Below, piece after piece: positions 14,112 through 25,720 of a DNA stretch of 64,000 bases. The notes beneath the pieces are model-generated. The model ran no database searches, was not told the DNA's origin, and saw only the letters and a program-made list of their open reading frames with translations. This stretch comes from Marsupella aquatica (lineage: Eukaryota > Plantae > Marchantiophyta), in the NCBI GenBank assembly GCA_973895155.1, contig OZ316895.1:13067086-13131085 (forward strand), in the 5' to 3' direction. Within the stretch, counting starts at the first letter, position 1, and every line of letters begins with the position of its first letter. Position numbers and translations under genes: made by a program.

Positions 14112-17100
14112 CATTCTCGAATGCTCTCTCTTGTTGCCTAAATGGAAACAGTCTTATCACTTAAAGGAAAGAGATTATCACCTAAATGGAATCTCTCCTA
14201 TAGCCTACATGAAACTCGCATAAATGGCAATAGACAGGCAGGGAGCATCCAAGAGCCCGGTCCAGAGGGGTTGTAATAATTATGTATTCCCAAGGCCTGT
14301 TGTAATAAATGAGGTTTCAGGGACCCTATACTGGAAAGGAATTGTCTTCATGTGACCTACGTATTTCTCTTTCCAATAGAGAGGGTTTTATGTTGTCGAT
14401 GCTCCGACAATGGTCCAAACAATTGCAATCGACTCCTTTTCTAAAATGAACCGCCTTGGAGCAAAATCCAAACCCGTGACTACAGTAGGAGGCTCGAGAT
14501 CATCCCTTTTAAAACAGGAGGCTAGAGATGCTATCGAAAACCATTAAACCAATATGCTGCTAGAAATGTGTCCTGGTTCTGCTTCTGAGCAACCATTAAG
14601 TCCTAAGACAACAGTAAAGTTAGCCATTCGGATAGCAATCTTGGGAATTGTGCAATCTATCTGAGTGTGAATTATAAGCAAATAATTGATTGGCAGCAAG
14701 TCGTGCTACACTGCTACAGCCCCCATTAGAGTACTCCATATTCGAAACATGGCTCCTAAGACGGCCAGCGAGTTTTTAGTGAGAGATCAGAGATGCTGAA
14801 GGCGATCGATCTTGGGATTCACAATTTGAAGGAAGTTGGAGGAATATGTCGTCCACGACAGTTGAAATAATGCAGAACGCGCTCCGAATCTTATATGGTT
14901 ATATTCAACCCGCTTGCTTTCAGGAACCCTCGGAGTGGTCAATTAGAGCATATCCAAATTATAAGTTCCTGGGTTTGGCTATCATACGGAATAAATAACC
15001 AGTCTTACAACACCTCTTTTTGGTTTACTGCATTTGACTTCTCACACGATTTTAGATTACAATCTTGAAAACCGGGAAATAACCTGAAAGTCAAAACTGT
15101 ATATTATTTTTGCCTTCAAAGATCTTTTTGAAAGATCTACATTATTTCTCAAATACAGTTCCAGTGCTTTACACTGAATGGGTGACATGACTTCTTGCAT
15201 TTTACGTATGGTTCATTCAACACCCAAGGGTTGGAGATGCTGTTGTTTAGTGTTAGATTCATTCGTCCTCCTCTAACTTTGGTTGGGAATATCCAGGGCA
15301 GGTTACTTCCCAAGTTCTATCCACGAATCTCATGTGAGCGTACTATAAAGTCATCAGTCGGGACCGTTAACTTGAACCCTGAAGTGATTAGAAACGTTGG
15401 CATCACTACTTAATTAAATGATTTGAAGCAAGCTTGTTTAAGGGAATTCCGCAGGTAATCTGTAGCAATTTCACTGTTCACCCCTCATCCGAGTAGAGTT
15501 TAGGTCCAAATTCGAATCGAATCGGATCAATATACGACCTGCTCTCATCACACTCTTCGGTGATCGACTTTCAGTGGGCCCATCATGCAGCATGCATTGG
15601 CCTCAACTTATAATGAGGAGGCTTCGCTTCGACCTAGTGACAGCCCGTGAGCCACAACGTACACAATTACACATGCTAGTGGGGTAATACTGTAGAGCTT
15701 CTGGGCAGCTAGTATCGGGCAGTGGATTGATGAGCTTCTCAGTCTCTGAGGCGAATTTAAATGCCAGAAATAGCACTTGCCCATGCTGCATGTCATGATT
15801 ACATGCGAAATAGACCGAAGTCAAAAAGTTACTCTTACAGTTGAAAGAAAGGTTGACAAAAGAAAAACATGACAGAGACCTCATCAACCAGCTGAACGGG
15901 AAGGTCCCACCTTTCCTTCCTCAAAAACGTTTACTATGTTCATATAATTTGAGGTGAATCTGCCAATGAGACCAAAACAGACACTACAATTTAATTGCTT
16001 GAATATGTGGCCCTCAAGTGCCGTCAACGCCCACCAACTTCGGATAGTTCCCTGCAACGCCCACTGTAGGCATCTTTACTAGATCTGGAAATCACTGTTC
16101 TGCTACAGTTTGTTCGAAACGTGGGTGAGAGCCTCCACTACGCCTCTCAATTAAATTCAACGAAACGCCCTTTCAATTGAGACGCTAGATCTGAGGCTCC
16201 CTACTGTAGATCTCAAGTCAAAACGTAACATCACCGGTGACATTTTAGACATATGGTCACCGGTGAAATTTTAGTTTCATCGGTGAAAATAATTCCGCCC
16301 CGGATTCGACAAAATTTTCAAAGCGTTCATCTCAATCTATTCTTAAACTACCGACTGAGATTTTCATTTCCATTATACCACCGGAGATCTGTCACATATG
16401 CTGTAAAGGAGTCAACTGGAAGCACAGCGTCATCGAATCGGTTAAGCAATCGAGCAAAATTTGAGTTAATAGGAGATCATTTGTAGCTCTAAGCTGCAAG
16501 AAAACAGTTATTCTAGTTGAATCTACGTCCATCAAATTTGAGGCGTTGCGACCAACCTGTAAATTCGCCTATATCCTGATACGGTATGTAAATCACACTG
16601 TCCCACTTGTACGACACAGGCCTGTAATATACAGGACGAACTGTGTCACAGGTTTTGTGGTGACTGCTAGATTCCGATCGACACATCTTTCGATCCAGGT
16701 TTGAACATTCTAAGAGGGTAAGAATTTTAGGGTGGGCTTGAGTCTAAATAATTTGCTCCATGATCGAGTAGAACATTGCCTTGCTGGTTCTTGTGACTTT
16801 GCCAAAGCACTGTTTGCTTTCATGCAGCAAAACAAACTTCTTGTGAAGTGGTGATGAGAGTCATGTTCCAATAGTTTCCCGAACAGTTTGTGCATTGCAA
16901 TCATGGTCTTCACATGTCATCTTCATTGGATTCGATGTTTGTCATGAGGCCTATTTTAGACATGCAACCGTAGCAGTTCGGGAGGTGCTACTGACATGTG
17001 AGCTGTCGTCGATTCCACAATGTATTATTGATTACCACTCTCGCACAGTTGCCGGATTTGCAGAAAGTTTTGAACTTTTGTAATGTGAGCTGACTTGGAT

Positions 17101-18055
17101 TCCACAATCAAGTTACTGCAAATGGAACGATGCCTGGTAGTTAATTGTAGGCATGCAATTGGAGTGGGAGCCATGGATCAGTGGCAAGTTATTTTCTCCT
17201 AGGCGTCTCTCATAAGTAGTATTCGTCCGTGAGATCCAGAAACATCAGTCTGTTCACCCTCCTTCTGGCCTAGGCTCCACGAGGCTAAGGAAAAAGTAGA
17301 TGCCGTGCTCTAGATCAACTACGGTAGCCCAGATGGATCATTCAGTCTGCATAGTCTGCCAGAAGCCCAGAAGTTCAGAAGTGGTAGAGTGGCGTCTGAT
17401 TTTACAGCGTAAGACAAAATGACTCCAAGCTGGTGTACTTCCACCATTCCGTTCTGGCAGTGTACAGTAGCTGTGCAGCTGCTGAAGCGATTCTTGGCCC
17501 GCATGGTCTCATTTTGTCCTACACTAGGGCGTCGCGTCTCAAAGTCTCAGATGCGTACATTTTTTTTATCTGCTTTGAGTGCGCCCGGACTCGTGTGGTT
17601 AGAGACAACAATCATGACTCATGACTGGTCGGACACCAGGACACCTATTGTGAGGACCGAGCACACCCAGGACACTAAAAGGCCCCGATTTCATAGTAAA
17701 CACAATAACATTGCATTCGTCCTGAGTACACTCAATTTTTCGTACCCCAAAAAATTATTGCCCATTTCTACTCCCGACTGCCTTGCGGGCCTCCTGCGAG
17801 GTGCCTGTTTTTTTGGTTTGTTTATGAGACACCCTACTCCAGTCCTATCACAAAACGAGCACTGAGGTACAGAGTCAGGATTGAGCAGTTGACGGGTGAG
17901 CCAGAAGCCAGCTCTACTACAGTGTATGGAGTCACAAAGCAAACGTAGGCTACCCCAGTACTTTAGAGGGCTTTATTAACATAGGGCTCCGCAAGCAAAC
18001 GTAAGCTACCCAATTCTTTTATAGGATGCCTTAAAAACACCTATAAAAATGGTTG

Positions 18056-18203
18056 GGCACCTCTGACCCCCTGCTGGTAATCAGAAATCAAAATGTGTAA
18101 CATATGGTTTGCATTCATTGATTTAAAAGGCACCTCTAACCCCTTGCTGGTAATCAGATATCAAAATGTGGTAACATATGGGGTACATTCATTGATTTAA
18201 AAA
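18056..18203. repeat. Tandem duplication, ~73 bp x2
   Basis: GGCACCTCT.ACCCC.TGCTGGTAATCAGA.ATCAAAATGTG...CATTCATTGATTTAAAA occurs twice in tandem. Confidence 0.85.
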
Positions 18204-18599
18204 AATTAAGGAGGTTTATCATAGTATGGACTGATGTCTTCCACTATATGTGTCATATTTTGATGTGCAGGGACCCCCTCTAACCCCCTCTAACCATGGC
18301 CCTCATTTATTCTCATTTGACTAGTGTTGGGCACCTCCCAGGGCCCTCATTTATTTTCATATGACGAAACTGTATTTCCACTTGCAATAAAAATAATTTT
18401 CTAATAAGTGCAAGAAAACAGCAATGTTGCACTTAGTCACACAGTGAAAACCATGAGGATCCTCAGGCCCTTACCTATAATGCATGATCACCTTGCACTT
18501 ACCAAGTTATTCAAACTGGGTTCAAGTGCTCATCTTTTCTTCCCAATAGTACATACTTAGAGAGAGAGTAGACTGCAGTGGGCCAATTGGGAAAATCAA

Positions 18600-21500
18600 G
18601 TGCCAAATATTAAAGAAAAACTGGATCTTATTACTAAGGCCAAACACAGTACAATGGAGTAAAAGCAAACAAGGTCCAGAGAATAGAAATTAGGTGCCAT
18701 TAAAGGGAAAAATACCTCTTGAGAGTTCTAAGACCAAATTTGTGTTTCTTTCTTTTCAACAAGGCATCTAAAACCTCAAACTTGTTGTACCTTAGTGCTA
18801 GCTTAAGGTTACTGACCAAAAACCTATTTCCAATACCAGTTTCATACTCCATAAACTTTTGCCCTATTTACAACTATAATAAAGGATCCCATCTTTTTTT
18901 TGTCCTTCTTCCCAATACAAAAAAGTTCCTTGGTGGGAAAGATCTAGAGCCATCAGATTCAATTAAATTGTTTTCCCTGACCATTGATGGAGAAATGTGC
19001 ACCCCTGGCCCATATATACTTCCCCATTATCCCATAAATGCCCTGCCCCGACTCCCTATGGGGCGGCACTACTTGCACCATGCAATGCACGGGCATAGGG
19101 CTGGTAGACTATCATTTGCTGTTGCAAAGGCATAGAGCTGGTAGACCATCATTTGCCATGATCACAAGTCACTCTCAAGGATAGTGAAAATAAATCAAGT
19201 TACAAACCCTGTGAGAAAATCACTCACATTTCATTATGGCCAAAAGCCTGCACCTGGAACAATGGCCCTGGCAGCAAAGCCATAGGGGCATCGTGGTCCC
19301 AGTTCGTGGCTCTCATTCATGTGCACAGCCATTGTTCGAATCCCGTGCAAGGTGTAATTAAGGTACCTCCATTCCAACCCTTTGGTCAGGGCTCACTGCA
19401 AATCCATGGGGAGTCATTCTGTTCCCTGCGAGGCTGATAAGTCCAACCCCAAAATCTAGGGCCACCCAAACATTATTCGCTCAAATGAAATACAGGCTCA
19501 TTATGATACACTTACAAAGGTTTTGCAGGCTTTTAAGGCGTACGGTTGTGCAACGTTCTTTGTGGATTCCTGCCAGTGTTTCATGTTCCCTGTTTGATTT
19601 TACAGCTGCAACTGGCTATGGCCTCTGGTCGAACAGACGAACACCTCTCTCAATATGTAATGTCCGTCGTCATTTTCTTGGGGCATTCGGGAAGAAGAAT
19701 GTACATTCAAGATTTGGATGAGCTACTTACTTGCACTTTTAATAAAATGAGTGAAAAATAAATCTATTACTGACCCATGGTAGTGCATTAATGGCACTAT
19801 AAGGCTGTCAGCGCTTGCTGCCTGCCCAAGGCATCAGAAATTACTGGACCTAAAAATGGGACTGTCATATCCTCCAGCACACCATGGTCACTGCGGTAGA
19901 CCATTTGGGTGGGGAGGCACAGGGTATATGTTCAAAACTCCCTACAAGCATATTCATTTTGACAGAACCCATCCAAAAGTGTCCTTTAGACTTGACATTT
20001 AGTGAAAAAATGACTAATTTCAGATGTGTGAGGCGGTGGATGGGCAATAAATGCGCTTCCAGGAAGGCAAACGGAGACTCTACTATATACTTAATGCCCT
20101 TCCTGATATTCCTCTTAGCAATTTTGAGTCCATTAGCCCAGAAGAATGCATTGTCAAGATTTGGGTAATGTACTTAATGCCCTTCCTGATCTTTCTCTAT
20201 GCAATTTTGAGGGCATTATTGAAGAAGAAAGAACAGTCAGGAGTTAGATAAAATTATTATGCAGATTGTTTTATATATATTTTTGCATTAATAAAAATCT
20301 CAAGGACCTGTAAGTATAAAAAGGTCCTGTCACCAGAATAATATTATGGGCAATAATAGCCCCTCAAAACTCAAGCTGAACTCTCATGTTTCAAGGCATT
20401 ATGGCCCACATTTTGCTCTTAGCAGGACTTTCTACTATGTAAAGACTTTATTATGTATATTGGACCTCGTGGGGCACACTCAATAGGCCTTTTTGGAGTG
20501 ACTTGGGTTCTACTTTCTTGGCAATGCTTTGCTCCCACTCAAAGGATAAAGGTGGGGACTGCAGATTGACGTAAATCTGTTGCTCGCTCCCACCAAACAC
20601 AAGGATAAGCAACATTTCCGGTGACTGTTTCTCTTGGGCTTTTTGGGTCACTCTTCTGTCTTCCTCTCTTATTGGGTTTCTTTCCTTGGGATCCTGGCTC
20701 CCACTATGACCCCTTTTGTTCTTTGCACTATATTATATTTGGGTTCTACTTTCCTGGCAATGCTTTGCTCCCAGTCCTAGAATCGAGGTGGTGACTACAG
20801 AAGCAAGTTGTTCATTCCCACCAGAGAGAAGGACAAGCAACTCACTGGGGTTCTACTTTCCTGGCCTTGCTGTGCTCCCACTCAAAGGATCGAGGTGGGG
20901 ACTACAGAAGCTCACTCCCCCACACAGAAGGACAAGCAACTCTTCCATCATTCTGATGAGAGATCTCGAAGGTTGCTCACCTTGCAATGCAAAGGATTCT
21001 CCTCCCACATGCTAGAACACTTGATTTCAGTTCACTCATTGCATGTCCCACTTTCGAGATGATCATAATAGGCTTAATTAAATCGTTAGCGCAACAGGCT
21101 TCATTAAATTGTTAGAGAACTTTTTCTGGTTGGGTCCCAGCATTCGGATTTTCCAAGCGAAGAGAAGTGGGTGTCACTGAATCCAATTGAGTAGACTTTC
21201 ATGAGAAACCTTTTCGAAAACCTCGTTACTGTAGATATAAAGGCTACTCTAAGGCTTGAGATTGTATACAAAATTCTAAGGATCAATATCCATGTGTCAG
21301 TGGATCCTTGGCAAAATCTACCTTCCAGGGAATTAAGCCCCTGACTCCCATCAATTGACTTGCCTCCTTGAAATCAAGGGAAAAAAAAAGACTAGCCAAC
21401 ACTCTCGTGACAAACCTTTTTGCAAATTCCACTGCACTGAAAAGTGTTGGCCAAATTTGGCAAACAAAACTTAGCCAGGCTTTTGTCTTGGACCACATTA

Positions 21501-21700
21501 GCCAGAATCTGACCCTTACATGGAGGGAGATCTTATGGTCAGAAATTAGCTAGGAAATTTAGATAAGGTACACCCTGTCTGACCATCTTCTCCCTCACAC
21601 AAGGTGACATTATCCACCTTGGCAGAAAAGAAATAACATTAAATTTTACCCTGGTTGGGGGATTAATCTTGTGGGCTGTATTGGACAAAACACTTTAGTT
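18600..21700 (-). mobile_element. Highly decayed non-LTR (LINE-like) reverse transcriptase relic
   Basis: Broken minus-strand frames give FFSLDFKEAS (cf. RT 'klDfeKAyD'), LRILYTISSLRVAF...FSKRF, FFWANGLKIAKR and WVALDFGVGLISL (cf. post-RT 'GGLG'), in the expected order but with many stops and frameshifts. Motif resemblance only. Confidence 0.35.
20503..20945. repeat. Near-tandem ~105 bp repeat, 3 copies plus a fragment
   Basis: GGGTTCTACTTTC.TGGC..TGCT.TGCTCCCA...GGTGG.GACT.CAGA...AAGGA.AAGCAAC occurs at ~20503, ~20739 and ~20846, with a fragment at ~20673. Confidence 0.8.
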
Positions 21701-22349
21701 ACAGTCCTAGTGTCCAATTTGTTCAATCTAGTGTGATCAATCACCTTGATCGTTGTCAAAGATAGGAAGTTTGAATGTGTGAATCCTCGGCTGCTTGCAT
21801 ATAAGTCAGTGATTGCAAGCATTGCAAGGTCGGCGAAGGTCCTACCAAGGTGAATTGATTGTGAAGGCTTGTGGTTGCTTTAGGGTAGCCCATCATGCCT
21901 TCTCAAACTAAGATATTAAGTACTTGCAGTGACCTGAAATAAGCCATGTTGATTGTAGCTTATGAAGTGTTGCCCATTGTACCCTCTATATAGGTTAATT
22001 CGATGAATTCACAGCAACAATTTTTTTTTTCTATTATGGTTGCTTGGGTCACATTTTGAGTAGCTGTAATGCTTGTGGACCGGATAAAGTTCCACCTAGT
22101 CAAAATCTATCTGAAATAATTGTGAAGAGAAGCTGGAGGAAGGACTATGGTCTACAGAAAAGCCTGTTCCACCAGTAGCATGAAGAAGAGGAGCTAGAAG
22201 AAGAGCTGGTAGATCTTATTGCAATGGCTTCATGGGACTTGTCTGTCCAAAGGGTTACTTTCCATTACCGGGATTTTCAAAATTGCAAAATACATTAAGT
22301 AAACTCATATCTAGTGGAGTTTGGAAATAGAAAATATTTAAAACAAGGA

Positions 22350-23450
22350 GATAGAGAGAAATCTAGCACCCGTTGTGAACACATTTTGAAAGAAATATAA
22401 CGACACAAGAATTGTGCACTGCCCCAATCATGAGGAAATGCAGCAATACTATGAGCTGTGTAAATTGGTTTTGGAAGAAAGGCCAAGAGTTCGAAAAAGA
22501 CAAGCCAAAGTAACCCCAAGGCTAATTTTTTGTAAACTGTTCAGGATAGCAAATAGTGTTGGGGGCTTTACGAGATGTTGGGGCACGTGACTGTTTTCAC
22601 CAAAGCAAATTGGAGGGCTAGTTCTTGTTCTAAGCGTAAACTCCAAACCAAAATCTATTGCAATGAATCTCAATAAATGCAAGTCCCTTCAGTGAATGAG
22701 CCAAACTTTGGGAATGTTTTGGACCAAAAGTGAGTTTAAAAATCCAGAGAAAACCAGCATTCCACGTCAATACGTATTTGGGCCCACTCTTTGCCATGTA
22801 TTATTGGTTATCACCATACCTGAGGGGGCCCCCAAGTTCTTGTTGGCAATGTATTATCGATTGACACCTTACCTGAATGGCACCCAAGCAGCTCTTGTAA
22901 AGCAACTATGGGGCCCCAAGTTTTTGTTTTCACTCATTACTTTGTTTATAGTTTAAATCAACTCCCAACTTGTTGCGAACTTTTAGGGTATGATTAGAGG
23001 CACGCACAGGGTAATTGTGTAAGGTCTTGGTGCGTAGACATGTTGGAGACCTGTACCCAATCATAATGGTGTAGAAGACTTGTCTAACCCAAACTTTTTG
23101 GAAGTCAAAATAGTCGACTATGTAGGGGCCACCTAGGCACCTACTTCTATAGTTCGTTCTTAGAAGCGTGTTTTTTCATCTGCCCTAGACTTGCAAAGTT
23201 GCAAGGCACTTTGCCCCCACCCAGTGAGCGAGGAGAGGTTGAACTTGAGACCTGTTTCCCCAGCTCCAATAAGTTGGTCACTTGAGAGCTACGCCACTAG
23301 CCCCACTAGCCCCACTAAAGTAGTTCAGCTACCCCTATACTTGATCGTCCACTACTGTAGGCCCCACTCAAGTAGTTCAGTTACTCCTATATCTGAACGT
23401 CTCCAGTTGGAGGACAGATTTTAGTAGGTACTGGCTCAATACTTGTGAGT
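22350..23450 (-). mobile_element. Possible ancient Ty3/Gypsy gag-protease-RT relic
   Basis: Minus-strand remnants in gypsy order: a degenerate zinc knuckle (PCNF...GQMKK, ~23170-23210), a protease-like stretch (~23000-23065) and LLAFLPKPIYTAHSI resembling the pre-RT 'LPP.R.VDH.I' motif. Very weak. Confidence 0.25.
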
Positions 23451-23522
23451 TGTAGAGAAAATATTGTTGCAATATAATTTAGGAATATATATTATGACAC
23501 AAATGACGTTACATAAAGATCT

Positions 23523-23640
23523 CATCTTACAAAATGTAGAAAAGATTCATTGCATCAAACACGTTACCATACCATAAGCCCATCTTACAAAAAGTAAAAA
23601 AGATTATTTGCATCAAGCACGTTACCATACCATAAGCCCA
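23523..23640. repeat. Tandem duplication, 58 bp x2
   Basis: CATCTTACAAAA.GTA.AAAAGATT..TTGCATCAA.CACGTTACCATACCATAAGCC occurs at 23523 and 23581. Confidence 0.85.
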
Positions 23641-23699
23641 ATGGAGACGGGAGGGGCAGTACTCGCATGGGAGGGACCTCTAATCATACAAATAAATAA

Positions 23700-23885
23700 T
23701 TTTACTATATAATCCCAAACAGAAACTACTTTTAAGGGTTATGGTTAACAGAAAATACTTTTAAGGGTTATGGTTTAGAGTGAAATCTCTAGACCATAAC
23801 TCAAATAAGGACAAAATATATAATGACTCTGAATAAGACAAATATAAAAGGTGCAAAAAAAATAGGTATACAAAGTTAACAGAAA
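23700..23885. repeat. Dispersed repeat family member, inverted relative to 47280-47440
   Basis: TACTTTTAAGGG...GAGTGAA..CTCTAGACC.TAACTCAAA.AAGGAC.AAAT.TATAATGACTCT.AATAAGACAAAT aligns to the reverse complement of 47280-47440. Confidence 0.8.
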
Positions 23886-25116
23886 AAACTATAGATTTCT
23901 GTTGTTCAATTTTTTTTGTTTTCAATTCTATATAGGCTTGAAGGAAGGGGTAGTCAAGCTAGTCTATGTAAAATACCTTCTGGAGATTACCAACCGAATG
24001 TTTTGTAGGAAATATTTAATCCCAGCACGTATGCATTCGCATGGTTAAAAAACTCCCAAACTCGATAGTATATTTCATTGAAGTGTGTGTACAGATCTCA
24101 CTTATATATGGAGAATAGAGTTGGTTAAGTAACTGAATTGCACACGAATTGCACACGAACTGCATCCAAATTATCTGTGAAGGTCGCCTCATGAATTGTT
24201 TTTCCATTTGGTTACATTCTCTCCACACCTTGACTTCGGAGCCCATAAAAAGAACAAAAATAAAAAGTTTAGCTGAGAATCTAGATCACGTGACTGGAGG
24301 GCCTGTGCAAGTGTTTAACGCATGACCTATGCAAGGGTAGAATGATGAAGAATCTCCACAACCTGTCTTGGGGGGCAATCCAAGGTTAATGAAAAATAGA
24401 CCGGCCCAGAGAGGCATGATTTTGTGATAGTCTATTTGAGTAAAGACTGATAGATCTTGGGTTTAATTATTGTGATTGACTCTTCCCTTTTTGTGGAGTT
24501 TCACAGATTTCCCCTTAAAATTTAAAAAGAATAAAACATAGATAGAGTGAGCATTATTTTATTCAAATATAATTAATCAATCAAATAAATCTCACCATGC
24601 ACGATAGTCTATTACTGATTGAAAATTACAACTATGATTTTAGGAGGCCCTGCTCCAGAATCTCTTGCCAGTGAATGTGTACTAGTTAACATTATTCAGG
24701 ACTGTATTTACACACCATAAGAACACTTTTGGGCTAAGGTAGGGTTCTAGTCCAGATGTATCTGTACTCGTTAACATATTTCTGGACTCTCTACTCAACA
24801 TAAGGATACTTTGGGCTAGGGTTCTAGTCCAAATTCTACACCCGAATTGCTCACAAAGGTGGGGCAAAATTTCTTTCTGGTCACCAGATTTTAGCCTAGT
24901 AACCATCCTATGCTGGGTCTAGAGTACTCTGAGCCCCCAACTCAAGTCAGGCCCCTGGTTGAGTTATGAGAAGTCAGGCCCCTGGTTGAGTTGAGTTATG
25001 AATCATGTCTTCTGTTCAGTTAGCACAGGTGACAGAGAGAGTTCGGCATTTTTTGGCAGGCAGGTAGGAGGTCTCGCGAACGGGGGCTGGACGATGATGA
25101 GTAAATTCAATCTTTC

Positions 25117-25720
25117 CGGATCACTGTTTCCAATTGACCAATTGTACAGGAGCTTCGATCCTTCGCACCGTCAGTGCAATTAAGCAGTTGGCAGTGGAAT
25201 GCGGCAGTGGAATGCACGCTGCCCCGAATTTTGACCCGAAGGTGAGCAAAATTATATTCAAAAGACAGTCAGTCACAACAAACTCACTTGCATTGATCGA
25301 TGATACATGTTTACGAGGAAATTGAGCCTTTCAGGATTGATCACTGTTTCCAATCGACCAATTGTACAGGAGCTTCGTTTCCAATCCACCAATTGTACAG
25401 GAGCTTCGATCCCTCGCACAGTCAGTGCAATTAAGCAGTTGACAGTGGAATGCACGCTGGCCCGAATGTTGACCCGAACGTGAGCAAAATTATGTTCAAA
25501 AGCCACAACAAACTCACTTTATTAGAACTTTGCAAACATCGATGATGTATGTTGACGAGGAAATTGAACCTTCAGGATCACTGTTTTCAATTGACCAATT
25601 GTACAGGAGCTTCTATCCCTCGCACAGTCAGTGCAATTAAGCAGCTGGCAGTGGAATGCACGCTGTTTCCAATCTATGTACAAAATTAACAACAAACTCA
25701 CTTGCAATGATCCATGATGA
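25117..25720. repeat. Tandem repeat, ~220-235 bp unit, ~2.7 copies with internal micro-duplications
   Basis: GATCACTGTTT.CAAT.GACCAATTGTACAGGAGCTTC.ATCC.TCGCAC.GTCAGTGCAATTAAGCAG starts at ~25118, ~25340 and ~25576. Confidence 0.9.
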
